Assembly: GCF_009914755.1 (NCBI RefSeq)
Contig: NC_060930.1
DNA from: the human T2T-CHM13v2.0 reference genome, Homo sapiens
Reading direction: 5' to 3' (one strand)
DNA: 64,000 nt
The notes beneath the pieces were generated by a model. That model did not search any database. It was not told the origin of the DNA and saw only the letters and a list, made by a program, of their open reading frames with translations. Position numbers and translations under genes: made by a program. Positions 29,140 to 44,169 of this stretch are shown piece by piece (position 1 is the stretch's first letter; each line of letters starts with the position of its first letter).

Positions 29140-31260
29140 TTTTCTGCACGGCATCACATTTATTTATGAAATTTAGCCATGGTTTTGTGCTCAGTAATAG
29201 TTTTTTTTTCTTTGTATTTTATGAACATACTGTAATTTATTTATCCATTCTATTTGTTGATGGACAACTGGGTTATTTCTAATTTGGGGCTTTCACAAAT
29301 AATGTGAACATTTCCATCATGTCTCTTAGTGAATCTGTGTATTCATTTATGTTTGGTATATAGCTATTACTGGAAATGCTAGGGTAATAAATATAATCTT
29401 TGGCAGTTTTTCAAAGTAGTTGTCCTAATTTAAATTCCCATCAACAATGTGGGAAAGTTGGAGTTGTTCCACATCCTTATCAACATTTTTTATTATCCAT
29501 TGTGTTTGCTTATTTGTTTTACTATTAGCCATTCTGATGAGTGAGCAGCGGCAACTTACTGTTTAATTGGCATCTCCCTATTGGTTATTTTGTACCTTTA
29601 TGTTTATTGCCTATTTGACTATCGTCTTTAGTGGAGGATAACTAGTTTAGTGAGAAAACTTATTTGAGTTATCTTTTTATTTTTTAGGAGTTCTTTTTCT
29701 ATTCTGGCCATGAGGTCTTCATCAAATATTGTCAATATCTTCTCTCATGCTGTGACTTTTCACTGTTTGAATGGTACATTTATAAATGAAGTTTAATTTT
29801 AAAGAAGTTTTATTTTTTTAATTGTTTTTCTTCATTGTGACTGCTTTTTTTGTCCTGTTTAAGAAATCTGTCCCTTCTCAATTTATGAAGATATTCTTTC
29901 ATGTTATCTTCTTGAATATTATTGCTTTGCCTTTTGTATTTACACATCACAGCTCACATGGAATTGATTTTTCTGTACTGTTGTAAATCAGGAGATCATA
30001 CATTTGGCCCAGTTGTTTCAACATTCTCTCTCTGTTCCATTGTTTCTACTTGGTCCTGCATCAATACCACACTGTCTTATTTACTGTAACCTCAAGATAA
30101 ATCTTGAAATCTGGCATTTTGAGTTTTCCTATTTTGTTATTCTTCAAGAATTGCTTAACTATTCTTGGCCCTTTGTGGTTTCATGTAAATTTAGTACCAG
30201 ATTTTCATTTTGGGTGTGTGAATCCCGAATATCTGGGACAGAGCTCAGTTAATTTAGAAAGTTTATTTTGCCGATGTTGAGGACAGACGCTCATGACACA
30301 GCCTCAGAAGGTCCTGATGACTTGTGGCTAAGATGATCAGGGCACAGCTTGGTTTTATACATTTTAGGAAGACATGAGACATCAATCAATATATGTAAGA
30401 TATACATTGGTATCAACCAGAAAGGTGAGACAACTTGAAGCAGGGAGGGGGCTTCCAGGTCACAGGTAGTGACAGACAGATGGTTGCATTATTTTGAGTG
30501 TCCGATTAGCTTTCCAAAGGAGGCAATCAGATACGCATCTATCTCAGTGAGCAGAGGGATGACTGAATAAAATGGGAGGCAGGTTTGCCCTAAGCAGTTC
30601 CCAGCCTGACTTTTCACTTTAGCTTAGTGATTTTGGAGCCCCAAGACTTATTTTCCTTTCACAGGTCAAAATTATTTATTAAGAGTTTACTGAATTTGTA
30701 AATTAATTTAAGGATATTGAAACTTTTGCAGTATCAATTCTTCCAATCCATAAGGATTTACTGAAATCTTTTAAATTTCTCCCAGAAATGTTTTGTAGTA
30801 TTGTATGGAGGTCTTATACATGTTTTTTAGATTTATTCTTGTGTATTTAATTTTATTTCTTATAAATGTTATCTTTTTAAAATTACATTTTCAACTGGCT
30901 TTGCTAGCATATATAAATACAAATGATTTTTATATCCTGCAACTTTGTTAAATCCACTTATTAATTCTATCATTTTATCTGTAAATATTTGGATTTTTTA
31001 CATTCACAATCATATTTTCTAGTTCTTATGTGTTTTATTCTGTTTCCTTTCATTAATTAACAAGGTAGTGAGTATAGTTGGTTTTAGAAAACATCTTAGT
31101 TTTGTTTCCAAAATCTGGCGTAAGCTTTCAACATTTCACCAGTAAGCATTATGTTTGCTGTAGGTTTTTTCTTAGACAAGTATTTGCAGTATTGCTAGTT
31201 TGCTTAGAGCTTTTATAATGGATTGTGGTTACATGTTATCAAAATTTCTGCTCAATTGTT
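29140..31260 (-). mobile_element. L1ME-like 3'/ORF2 relic interrupted by MER4A1
   Basis: 'tatccattctatttgttgatggacaactggg', 'gttgttccacatccttatcaaca', 'agctttcaacatttcacc'. Confidence 0.7.
30217..30663 (-). mobile_element. MER4A1 ERV1 solo LTR
   Basis: Reverse complement starts tgtgaaaggaaaataagtcttggggctccaaaatcactaagctaaag; TG...CA ends; 4-bp flanks ggtg/ggtc. Confidence 0.88.
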
Positions 31261-31452
31261 TTGTCTTTTGTACCTTTACTGTTCCTTACACCCAAAAGGT
31301 ACAACTGTAGTCTTGTGCTGGAGTAAGGTGGAGCAGTCATCTGTCTTGTCAACATGGGGGTGGTTTTAAATGTCTAACTAGTCTAACTATTTCCTTAAAA
31401 GACTTGTATCTAATCTTCCTGTTTATAGTTCCTCACACCCCGTCCCCATGCA

Positions 31453-31742
31453 TTTTTTTTTTTTGAGACAGGGTCTGGCTCTGTTGCCCAGGCTAAGATG
31501 CAGTGACATTACCATAGCTCACCACAACCTTGAACTCCTGGGTTTAAGCTACCCTCCCACTTCAGCCTCCAGAGTAGCTGGTACTACAGGTGTGTGCTGC
31601 CATGCCCAACTAGTTTCTGTGTTTTTTGTAAAGATGGGGTTTCTCCATGTTGCCTAGGCTGGTCTGGAACTCCTGACTCCAGTGATTTGCCTGCCTTGGC
31701 CTCCCAAGGTGCTGGGATTATAGGAGCTGCTGCACCAGGTCC
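31453..31742 (-). mobile_element. AluJ
   Basis: Diverged dimer; TSD ccccatgcattttt on both sides. Confidence 0.92.
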
Positions 31743-31789
31743 CTGCCCCCATGCATTTTTGTACTGCCACTTCTGAGTATTTGATGCCA

Positions 31790-32088
31790 TTTTTTTTTTT
31801 TTTTTTCCAGACAGAGTCTTGCTCTGTTGCCAGATTGGAGTGAAGTGGCGCGATCTCAGCTCACTGCACCCTCTGACTCCCTGATTCAAGTGATGCTCCT
31901 GCCTCAGACTCCCAAGTAAGCTGGGATTACAAGCATGCACCACCAACCCCAGCTAATTTTTTGTATTTTTAGTAGAGATGGGGTTTCATCATGTTAGCTG
32001 GGATGGTCTCAATCTCCTGACCTCATGATCCGCCTGCCTTGGCCTCCCAAAGTGTTGGGATTACAGGCGTGAGCCACTGAGCCCAGCC
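31790..32088 (-). mobile_element. AluSc-like
   Basis: Antisense dimer; flanks gatgc. Confidence 0.92.
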
Positions 32089-32293
32089 GATGCTTTTAAC
32101 TCTTTATAGTTTTGAGGGTCCATGTCATGAATCAGCTTTTTCCTTTTTGGCTTCCTCATTCCTCTCCTCCTTTACCCCAGCTCTGTTGACAATTAGTATT
32201 TAATTTCTATAACTTGCCATATTATTTACCTTATTCCTTCTGCTTTCCACCCTCCAAAATTTTTATTCATTCATTTGACAAATGTTTTTGAGT

Positions 32294-32502
32294 TAGGATT
32301 GACAGATTTAGCAAGTAAAATTACATGACACCAGTTAAATTTGAATTCCAGGTAAACAACAAATAGATTTTTTTTTTAGTACAAGTATGGTCCAAATATT
32401 ACATGGGACATACCGTGGGACATATTTATACTAAAAATTTATCCACTCTTTATCTGAAATTCAAAGCTAATTAGCCTTCCTGTATTTTATCTGACAACCT
32501 TA
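32294..32502. mobile_element. MER53 palindromic hAT MITE
   Basis: taggattgacagatttagc...tatctgacaacctta; 8-bp TSD ttttgagt/ttatgagt. Confidence 0.88.
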
Positions 32503-33276
32503 TTATGAGTATCTATTGGATTAGCTGTTGTTGCAGGTATAGGTACTATAGTGGAGATAAAAACTGTTAAAAAATCCCTGCTGTCAGGAGCTTACATTTG
32601 ACCGGGTAAGATATTACACATAATAGGTAAATCATATAGTGTGTTGGAGAGTGATAAACACTATCAAAAAGAAATGAAGTAGGCAAATGAGTATCAGATA
32701 TATATGGAGTGAAATTTTTCTTTAGATGTGTTAGAAAGAATGTCAAAGTGAGAGTGAAATTACAGCAGGTACTTTAGTTGAATAAGTTTGTGGGGGAAGT
32801 GTTTTCTAGGAAGAAGGAGCAGCATGTGTAACCAGAAGCAGCAATGCAGCTAGTGTGCTCATGGCAGGAGTGCAGTTAGTGGTCCCAGTGGATTAGCAAG
32901 GGCAAGAGCAGTAAGATGAGGTCAGGATGGGAACAGGAATACAGACAAGGTAGGGAGCATTGGGGGCTGTTGTGAAAATTAGGCTCCTTTGAATGAGGCA
33001 CAAGGGTAGTATTTAAATACGACAGATATTGTTAAAAGACAAACCTGCACATGTACCCCTGTACTTAAAATAATAGTTTAAAAAAGTAGTAAACCCTATA
33101 ATTTATATTTGTATAACCTCAGCTTCAACAACATGGAGCAATGAAAATTTATTCTTATATCTCCTTTAAGTAAAACATTTTTCATTTTATTTTTATATGT
33201 CACCATTTGGTTATCCATATTATATAAATATAGATTGCTGAACAGTGTATTTTAGAATTCTAATAAGCATTAAGAA

Positions 33277-33565
<289 letters not shown>

Positions 33566-34682
33566 AAGAATTTTTTTTTAAGGAGACATGACATTGTTAT
33601 AAGAAGTGATCTGGCAGCTATGCTGAGAATGGACGGTAGTTGATCAGTGGAGGCCAAGGAAGAGATTGCTGCAATAATCTAGGCAAGAGTTGATGGTGGT
33701 CATGACTACTGATATAGCAGAAGTGATAGTAGTGGAAGTGGTGTGAAATGGCTCATGTCCATGTAACACATGTGATTCAATTAGAATTTCCTTGTTGTAT
33801 TTGGTTTCTATGGAGAGAGATTATTTTTTATTCCTGTCACTGCAATATGATATCTATAAATTAACTTCCACATAATTAAACTAGTCCATTTTGGTATTTT
33901 AGAATGACTGGTAATAATCATCGAAGAACTTTTATGTGCCCCAAAAGAGATACTGCACACCCTACCTAAGTCTATAAGGAATTGGAAAGCATCTAACGAA
34001 TTGAAACAGATATTTAAAGTTTTTCATTGAGAAGTGTGATGAAGGTTCATTAAAAGAACTGGATGAATGCATACATTATTAAAATCAGTATTTTGTTAAT
34101 TAGCATTTTTTCTGTTTGAATATGGCAAGCCAGAGTTTTATGCTATTATTGGCTACCCACTGGACTTTTTTTTCTGTTTTATAGAAGAATGTCAAACCTT
34201 AACTGGATTTGTTTATTTCTTTTAGGTATTTCCTATATCTTCCTGTCTTTTCCATGGCCAAAAATGATCAAGTAAAGAACATTAAAGAAGAAATAAATTA
34301 CTACATATTAAAAAATACATACTGTAAGATGTTCTTTGTACAAAAATGTGACAACTTCAATAAGAGTAACTTGGACAACCTGAGGCATTAATTGAGGATC
34401 AATATGATGACTTTACATTGAGAATCACATATACCCTCTGAATAAATTTAAAAAATGAAATTTTTTAATTTTCATTAAAAATTAAATTTTTTTGAGTGAT
34501 GAAAATACTCAATCACATTATTTTCAAATTGTTGATAAGCATGGAAATTATCAGAGAACCAGAATATTCAAGGTTTATCTTTCCTGTTTTTGTCTTAAAT
34601 CACAACTATGTGTTAAATAATTTGTATGACCTATTTCAGTGGCAGTAGGTTAAATAAAATTCTGTTTGTATCTCCTGTTTTT

Positions 34683-34807
34683 TGTTTTAAATTTATTATT
34701 ATTATGCTTTAAGTTTTAGGGTACATGTGCACAATGTGCAGCTTAGTTACATATGTATACATGTACCATGCTGGTGCGCTGCACCCACTAACTTGTCACA
34801 CACGTAA
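34683..34807 (-). mobile_element. Severely 5'-truncated young L1PA (PA2/PA3-like) 3' end
   Basis: 'tttaagttttagggtacatgtgcacaatgtgcag...ggtgcgctgcacccactaac'; 16-bp TSD tgtatctcctgttttt at 34667-34682 and 34808-34823. Confidence 0.92.
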
Positions 34808-35409
34808 TGTATCTCCTGTTTTTGTGCTTCTCAAATTGAAGTCACTGAATCCTCAAGAATTCATGCTAGGTTGCCCTAGTAGTTGATACTCCCGGATGAA
34901 CAACGTGGAACTTCCTGGAGAATTCATCTTGTTAGAATTAGAATTTTTTGTGAACACTCTATATATTTAAGCCAATATATTTTGATATGGAAAACAAAAT
35001 GTGCACAAAGGAGACGTAAAAGAAATTTCCACCTGCCACAGATCCCCTTGGGCTATACCTCAACCCAAGACCCTACGTGTGCCATTTTCTATTCGGTCAC
35101 CTTGTTAGAAATATTTAAGAAGCTCTTTCTGGTAGTTCACAAAAACAGTTCCTGTGGTGCCGGCCCATTCTGCAGATTCCCCGGGTTAGATGCTGATGAT
35201 ATCATATTCCATGGCTCTTGTAAAAGTGCCAAATATTTTAGAATAGCCTGCAGAGCACAATGTAAATGTGCAATTATCCTAAGTTTCTCAGTCTTCCTTT
35301 TTGCCAGAATATGCCTACTGTTGTCTCGATTAAATGACTTTGGATGTTTTCAGTCCTATGCAAAAACAATATTAACTAATATGAATTTAGAGCTTTTTAT
35401 TGCATAAAG

Positions 35410-35610
35410 AGCCCCCTCTGTATTGTTGCATTTAAGCATCGCAGCAACCCTCTGAGTTAGGTGTCATTCTCATCCTCTTTGTTGACGAGAACCTGAGTAC
35501 AAACTGCTCAAGTTATGTCCTCAAGATCACACAGCTCAAAAGAGGAATATCCAGGATTTGAAACCAAATGGTCCTCCTGAGAGGTCCCACCTTTACATAT
35601 TACTCTATTC
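35410..35610 (-). mobile_element. MIR
   Basis: 'gcagcaaccctctgagttagg...caagatcacacagctc...caggatttgaaacc'. Confidence 0.7.
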
Positions 35611-36645
35611 TTCTTCTGGAATCATGAGGGGATAACATTCTTTGTTAAAAGGGCAAATAAAATATTTATAATCATGTCAAACAGGGTTGATTTCTGCCAT
35701 GTGACATGATTCTTACTTAACTGGTGGGACTCCAGCAGCATACTGCAATCAGCTTATAAACAGCATTGACTTACACATACTCAGAGGTACACACTCATCC
35801 CAAACCAAACCATAAAGTTGATGGAATTTGTATTCCTTTTCATGGCCCTCACCTTCCACATTCTTGACCTTTCTTGCTACATTATTCCCAATTGCTTTCT
35901 AACCTTCTCCTCTTGTATAACCAGAAGAGAATTCGATGCCAGCCTTTATAGTGTGGCAGATGGATTCCACATTAGGTTGATGCAGATGAATTTCAGTCAT
36001 CTGCATTATATCAACCAAGCATCTTCATTCAAGCCTTTGGTTTTATCTCTGAAGGAATAAATTTGAGTTCACTGGAATAATTCAAGGCTTTTATTTTATC
36101 TCTAATTGAATGATTTGAGTCCATTCAGTAACCACATGGCAAGATAATTTGAGGGTGGGAGGCCCTTGAAATACTCCATCTCTTCACAAGTTACTCTATT
36201 TAATGAGACTATGTGAGGGTATAGATGGCCTAAAGGAATGACACTGCATAATTTCTTTCCTTGTTTAGAGGTACTCTCCTTTGGTAGAACTAAGGCTAAC
36301 AGTGGTCCCACAGTTGCTGCAGCAGGTATTTTCCAAGAGTTTCTGGGGGCAGAAAGGTACAAACCCCATTGTTATCATTGTTTTCCAAGATTGGGCCAGG
36401 TATCTAGGGCACCTGCATTCCTTCTAGACACTCAGCCCACCATCACCACCTGTACAGAGCCTTCCAGGTCAAACAAGCCATCTGTGCATTCTGACATTGT
36501 GACATTATGATAAGCAGCATTGAGTAGAAGCTTTTACAGAAATGTGACTCTTGTGACATCCTGGAATGTTATGTGTTTTGTATTTGATCTCTGATAAGAA
36601 GCTACTGAAAACAAAACTCTCTTCCTTATTAAAATAGGTGCTGCA

Positions 36646-36937
<292 letters not shown>

Positions 36938-36984
36938 AAAATAGGTGCTACAGTGAACTTTTACTTAGATTATACTCAGTTTTT

Positions 36985-37140
36985 TATCTGTTTATAATCT
37001 CCCACCAGACTCATAGAAGTCAAGAACTAATTTTTTTTCTTTACATCCTCTGTACTAAGTAGAATACTTGGCAGAAAGAGAGGGAGACAGAGTGCTAAGT
37101 AAATGTGGAATGAATTAATTAATGAATGACAGACTGAATA
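36985..37140 (+). mobile_element. L2 3' tail
   Basis: 'gtgctaagtaaatgtggaatgaattaattaatgaatga'. Confidence 0.55.
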
Positions 37141-37175
37141 AGTATATTTATGTTGAATCTATATATAACTAAATT

Positions 37176-37226
37176 CTTCCAAGATCAGACGATACTGGGT
37201 GCGTTCAGGGTGGTATGGCCTTAGAT
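37176..37226 (-). pseudogene. 5S rRNA retropseudogene fragment (about nt 1-51)
   Basis: Reverse complement atctaaggccataccaccctgaacgcacccagtatcgtctgatcttggaag versus 5S gtctacggccataccaccctgaacgcgcccgatctcgtctgatctcggaag. Confidence 0.93.
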
Positions 37227-37639
37227 GAACTTTAACCTCTATAGAAGTATGCATAGAATAATTCTCCAGTAGGTTTTATGGAATACCATAAAGTATCCTA
37301 CAGAATTAGGCAGCAAAATTTGTGCTACTAGAATAAGATACAGGCCTAGGTAAAAATAATCACATTTATCTACAAAAATTTAGGATTTAGGTTATAAATA
37401 CTTAGAACATTTTCCTGAACAAGTCCCAGTTGTTGAAACATTTTAAGAGTCCTGTAAAAATTTCAAAAAAATGCTTTTCTTACTCATGGCCTAAGTTGTA
37501 TTAAAGAAAGCACAGTGGCCCTTCATCACTTATCACATAGGGTTTTAGTCCTGTTTGGATTATATATAACTTCACTCTACCCTTCCAACATAATATCCTT
37601 TCATTTCCCAACATGTGGCCTTTCTCCATGCACACCAGT

Positions 37640-38030
37640 ACCCTCAGTAATCTCTTCTTATTCACCATGTTGGGTTCTGTATGGGCTTTGGAAATTCCAG
37701 TCTTCCCCTTTGTATAACCCCTCCCCAACCCTTTCTCAATCTTCTGCAATCAGCTTCTACTTACGTTCAGGGTCCAGCTCAAGTCTTTCCTTCGCCATGT
37801 CTAATTCCCTGACAACTCTTGACTTCCTATTTGTTCTTTTGCTGAGTCCTAGTACACATATTATTAGTGTCACAGTCACAACCTTATTTCATCTCTCCTT
37901 GCCCTGTTTTATTAATTTTATGTACACATGTAAACTCTTTGAGGGAAGTGATTGTGTCAAAACCTCTGAGTCCCCTGCAAAACCAAATAAAATGCTAAGC
38001 ACATAAAAGGATACTCAGCAATATTGCTTA
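37640..38030 (+). mobile_element. L2 3' region
   Basis: 'tgtaaactctttgagggaag...gctaagcacataaaaggatactcagcaat'. Confidence 0.55.
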
Positions 38031-39087
38031 TGAGAAAATAATAAAGGTTTATTTTTTAATGTTTTATAGACCTCTTCACTGATACCGTTTATACTCATTT
38101 TTTTCTCATTTTGTCTTCTCCAAAAATTAAAAATATTTGTCAAACTTCTTATGACCTTTCATATCTTCATGCTATGTCTTTACCAAATGATATCCTAAGT
38201 TGTCTGAAAGGACATTTTGTCTTCCTGTTTGGAAACTTCCTCCACATTCTTCCCCGAGACATCAACACTTCTTTTGGAAACACTCTTTGTATGGTTTCCC
38301 TTCTCGGCATGCAAAAAGCACAGTCTGTATGTTAAAGGGTTTTCACAACTTTTACATTGTGGTATGTCTGAAACCCAGGAAACTATATAGCCACGATGAA
38401 ATAGATAAACAAGGAGTATACTGAAGATACTCTTAGTGGAGAGACTATTTTCCCAACTTTTCATTTAGAGATAAAAAGTGAAATGAGTAAAGGACTGAAA
38501 GATAACCTGTAAGTTTCAACCAGCACTTTTCCAGGTATAAGAGAGAATGTGAAATTGCTGACATTGGTTTTTAAAAGTTTAAACAAATAAAAGGAAATAG
38601 TACCTGTAATAGTGGCTTTTAACTGAAATTAAGATCAAAGCTCATCCTTCCCAAGTATAAAGTGCAAGCTTTCAAGATTGTTCTAATTTTTATATAAGAC
38701 AACTTACTAATTATTGTCTGCTTTTTACTGGCTCATACCTCTCTGTGCAGTTACATCCATTTGAAATGTCTGTATATGTGGGGGAAAAGCATATTTTAAT
38801 AGCTTTTGCTTGTAACTTGGTAGTATGACTATTTTCAGTTATTTCCATTTGTTTAGCAGCCGAACTGCTTTAATATTAATTAGAAAGGTCAGTCTATTAT
38901 TCAGATCCCCACATGGCTTTATACACCGCACCTTCTAACATGACTTACTGTACTTCTCATCTATCATAAGGTACCATGTTGTAGGTATTTGGTTTCTTGA
39001 TTTAAAACCTAAAGAGTTCCAGATTTTAAATGATCTCTGTCTACTTTGACAAGGGAAAATGGACTAAAGGTGTCTCTTTCTATTTTT

Positions 39088-39331
39088 CTTTTTCTTTTGA
39101 GACAGAGTCTCATTCTGTCGCCCAAGTTCAAGCAATTCTCCTGCCTCAGCCTCCCAAGTAGCTGGGACTACAGGCGGGTGTCACCATGCTCAGCTAATTT
39201 TTTTTGTATTTTTAGTAGAGGTGGGGTTTCACCGTGTTAGCCAGGATGGTCTCGATCTCCTGACCTCGTAATCCACCCACCTCAGCCTCCCAAAGTGCTA
39301 GGATTATAGGCATGAGCCACCGCGCCTGGCT
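39088..39331 (-). mobile_element. AluSc-like with ~50-bp internal deletion
   Basis: Junction 'ctgtcgccca|agttcaagcaattc'; TSD tctctttctattttt at 39073-39087 and 39336-39350. Confidence 0.9.
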
Positions 39332-40784
39332 GCCTTCTCTTTCTATTTTTTGTATGAGGAAACTGTAAAGGTAGACTGACCTCCAGTATGGATCTGGGTC
39401 ACTTTGAAACTCTGCCTTTACATTTTCTGCTTTCTAATTATTCTGCTCTTCGAATTTCCATTGTATTTTTTAAAGACACGTGGGTCAAGATGGCTTTTGA
39501 TAAAGAATTTCTATTCTTTAGATTTAGACTTTATAGGTACATGAGTCAATATCATGAGTACAATGATTAACCACATTGTATGTAATTCTCAAAATGTTTA
39601 TTTTATTTGGATATTTTGGTTGCAGATGGCACAGCCTTACTGAGTAATTAATTGGCCAGGAGAAAAATGACCTCTTAGGGCTGGATTGATGAGGGTCATG
39701 CTAAACATCCCAAATGCCATGAAACAGAAATGAGCTCACTTCAATAGAAATTATTTGAAGAGTATATTGAGATTAGGGGAAAATAGTCATGTGTATATGC
39801 TTGTTATAGGAGCAGAGTCAACTTTATAAGCATTTTAATAGCCACTTTGTGTATCTGCTAGACCTGGGTGAGGATGATAATTATTAATAACATGGATGCT
39901 GTCATTGAAAGGAAAGAGGAAAGTAAAAGCAGTTTAGAAGATTCAATTTAAAAACAACTTTGTTTAGATACTCTATTAACTTTATGTAAAAATTTCAAGT
40001 GCCTGAAATAAAACCTTTGTGTGTGCAAGTCATTAGGGTTTGATTGACACAGTCAGATTGAACTAGCAAAACAAACTTAGTATGTTGCTTTTTTGGAATG
40101 TTTCAAGACTCCAATACTACTACTGCACTTATATTTCCCTGATTTTGGATAGGTTTATGTTTCTTAGACCAAGAGCCAACTGAAAAACTCTTAGGATAAG
40201 TGTTCAAATAATTTCCTATTTATGATTTCAAGAAAAATGTCATTTGTTACAGATTACAGACATAGCTATTTGGGGGGTATCATTAGAAATCTGATTTTTA
40301 CTATAAATATGGGCCAGCCTATAATTCAAAACTCTTTATCATACTGTTCAAAATCAAACATCATTTAACATCATTTTTGTGTGTTTAGATATTTCTATAT
40401 ATCATCAGCTCTGAATACTTTCTTTATTCTAACATGCTTCAAAAGATCCAGAATTACTAAAATGGTATACATTCAGAAATGCACACAGCTTACAACCTTC
40501 TAATGGCAGAACTAGGGACTCAGGTCAAAAAAAGAATTGCAGTCATGCAAAAACTGGAGATTACTGTCATGTGCAGCTGAGTTTGAGATATGGCAATCTT
40601 GGGGAAAGGTAAGTTTTATCTGACTTTAAAGGACATAGAAACTCTTTAGAATCATATTTTGTTACTACAATCAAGAGACATAAAATTTTATCAGGGGCCT
40701 TCTCCTTATCTTGTAGCAGGAATGAGAAATATTTCTACACTCAGAAATCAAAACCTCATTATCCCCTCTACAAATATCTGATAA

Positions 40785-41275
<491 letters not shown>

Positions 41276-41478
41276 CTCTTCCTGAGATTTTTTATCAATG
41301 CTATGGATTCAAATTCATGCCTTTTATAATGTGCTTCCACTTGCTTCATGTTGTTGGCCCTTTCTAGGTGTCCTTCTGAACAGACCTTCACATGGATGAT
41401 ATTTGCTCCGGGAGAATGCAGCATGAACACACAGATTTGGTCACAGTAACGAATGCTCCTTTGAAGACCAGCTGAGGA

Positions 41479-41802
<324 letters not shown>

Positions 41803-43814
41803 TTATTATTACTGATGTCACTTCCTCCTTCTTTGTTTCTTTTGCCTTTTTCTCATATGAAACATCATGTCATTCCTAAAGAGGAGAAACTCACAGGTCA
41901 AAAATGTAAGGCTTTCTCTGTGTCTGAGAGGAAAATGTTGTCATTTAAAATAAAATACCTCCTACCAAGCAGAACAGCCTTCCTGAGTATTTCATTCCTG
42001 GGACTGTTTGCATTCTTTCTCAGTGAGCTACAGTGATAGGCATCAGAACCTATTTATAACAGGAAAGAAGAGATATTAAACTATTCAGTGCTATGTTAAG
42101 AATAAAACCCTCAAGTAATTGGATGGAATTTCTATGTGCCTCTTCCCAGCAAGCATCCCTTACCCTTTTGGGGGAGACATGGCTATATGTCAGGCCTGTG
42201 AGAACCCAATGCAGGAACAGCATGTGATATGAAAATGGAAACTGTCAGATTGAAACCATACATGGCGAAGTCAAAAAGAGACTCTTTCTTGCACTGTTTC
42301 AGAGGTATGCTGGGGTTATTTCAGTGCTGTAAGAATAAATAGAACTTGAGGCACTTTGGAGGATAATGTAAAAGTATGTGAGAGGACTCTGCGAATTTTC
42401 CCAGGCAACATCTCCCAGCCAATTGTCTTCTAGCTTTCACTCTGACCTTAGAAAACATGATTGCTGTGCAATAGGGTCTGTGCCTTTTGTAAGCGCACCC
42501 AGACTGGCCTGCTTGTTTAAAGACATGAGGGAAGCTTCTGCCTAATACTGTGTTCCTTAGGATTGTGAGGACAGAAGTACCAAAACCAAACAAAAAGAAA
42601 CCAACAAGACAACCATGAAACTCCAAACACAAGACAACATTGTAAGTTACTGGATAACTAACGATAAACTACACAAAATCATAGAATGCATGACCAGGGT
42701 AGGAAACTAAAAAATCCTCAGTCCAAGCTCCTCTTTAGCAAAGGAAGAGAACAAGACAGAAACTAAAATACCTTGCCCCATAACCTGGCCAATTATAACA
42801 GAATTGAAATCACTTCTTATAGCTTCCTGTCTCTGAGTGCAAGGATGCCTTTCATTGGGAAACGCAAATCAGTAACAGAATTACAAATGGAAAGCATGTC
42901 ACGTGGTGGTGCTGCAATGTGTCCAATCCTTTGGCAGTCCCTAGACCTCCCAATTCTGCAGCCCCTGTAGCTATGCAGCAGCCACAGATAAGCCACGGTG
43001 TCTTGGTGGTGCAAGTACCCAGGCTTGGGACAGCCCCAGGAAGAATAAAGTAACCGGGCATTTTTAGGGATAAAAATAGCCATTCAAATTAAAGAGAGGG
43101 TGGTGCTGGTGCCGTGTAAAATAGACAAAGATACAAGTTTAGGTAGTAAAAAAAGATGATTGATGGGAGGTGACAGTCTTTCCCTTGTATTATTTATTTG
43201 TCTAGCATTGAGATGTCCTCTTTCAATTACACTGGCTTTTAATACTATGAGAATTGGCTGTTTAATAGCAAATTTTTTAAACTCTGGAATATGCCTTTCT
43301 AGCTGAAATTGTATATGAGAAATACACTTTTTTCTATAAAAGTATTTATTTAAGTTGATATTCTGGCTTTCCTGTAGAAACAAAGTCATGTCCACGTGGC
43401 CCTCAGTGTCCCAGAACTTCAGTATGGAGGATGGTGCTTTCTAGTGCTTGCATCTCTTCTTCATGCCTGGGCATGACAGAAAGAAACTTTTCTTCTAATT
43501 CACACTGCTAAGCCATCAGACCTACATTAGAAAATAATTATTAAATCTATATCAGTCTGTGTTATGAATTTGGGTCTTCAGTCTGTTTTCCTAAACTCTC
43601 CTTTTTGGTAACTTGATACAGCAAACATGTTCAGAATGAAGGAGAAAGGAAAAGCTAGATCAACCCTTTGGTTATCCTGGGTTTTATCTTAGCAGATTTT
43701 TGAGTGGATCAAATGAAATAATACATGTAAATTTGCTTTGGTAAACTTTAAAATGCTGCAACAATTTAAGATCCTATAGTGACTTTAAACATTAACTCGA
43801 GGAAGTTTGTTTTA

Positions 43815-44165
<351 letters not shown>

Positions 44166-44169
44166 GTAT

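Noticed and set aside
33030-33276. Short L1 3' end followed by ~190 bp of unique DNA inside L2 (possible 3' transduction)
   Set aside because: No convincing second poly(A) tail or TSD
34883-35407. 174-aa ORF
   Set aside because: Non-ATG start, no recognisable domain, composition typical of random AT-rich DNA
37515-38006. 163-aa Ser/Leu-rich ORF
   Set aside because: It overlies a pyrimidine-rich L2 relic and has no recognisable homology
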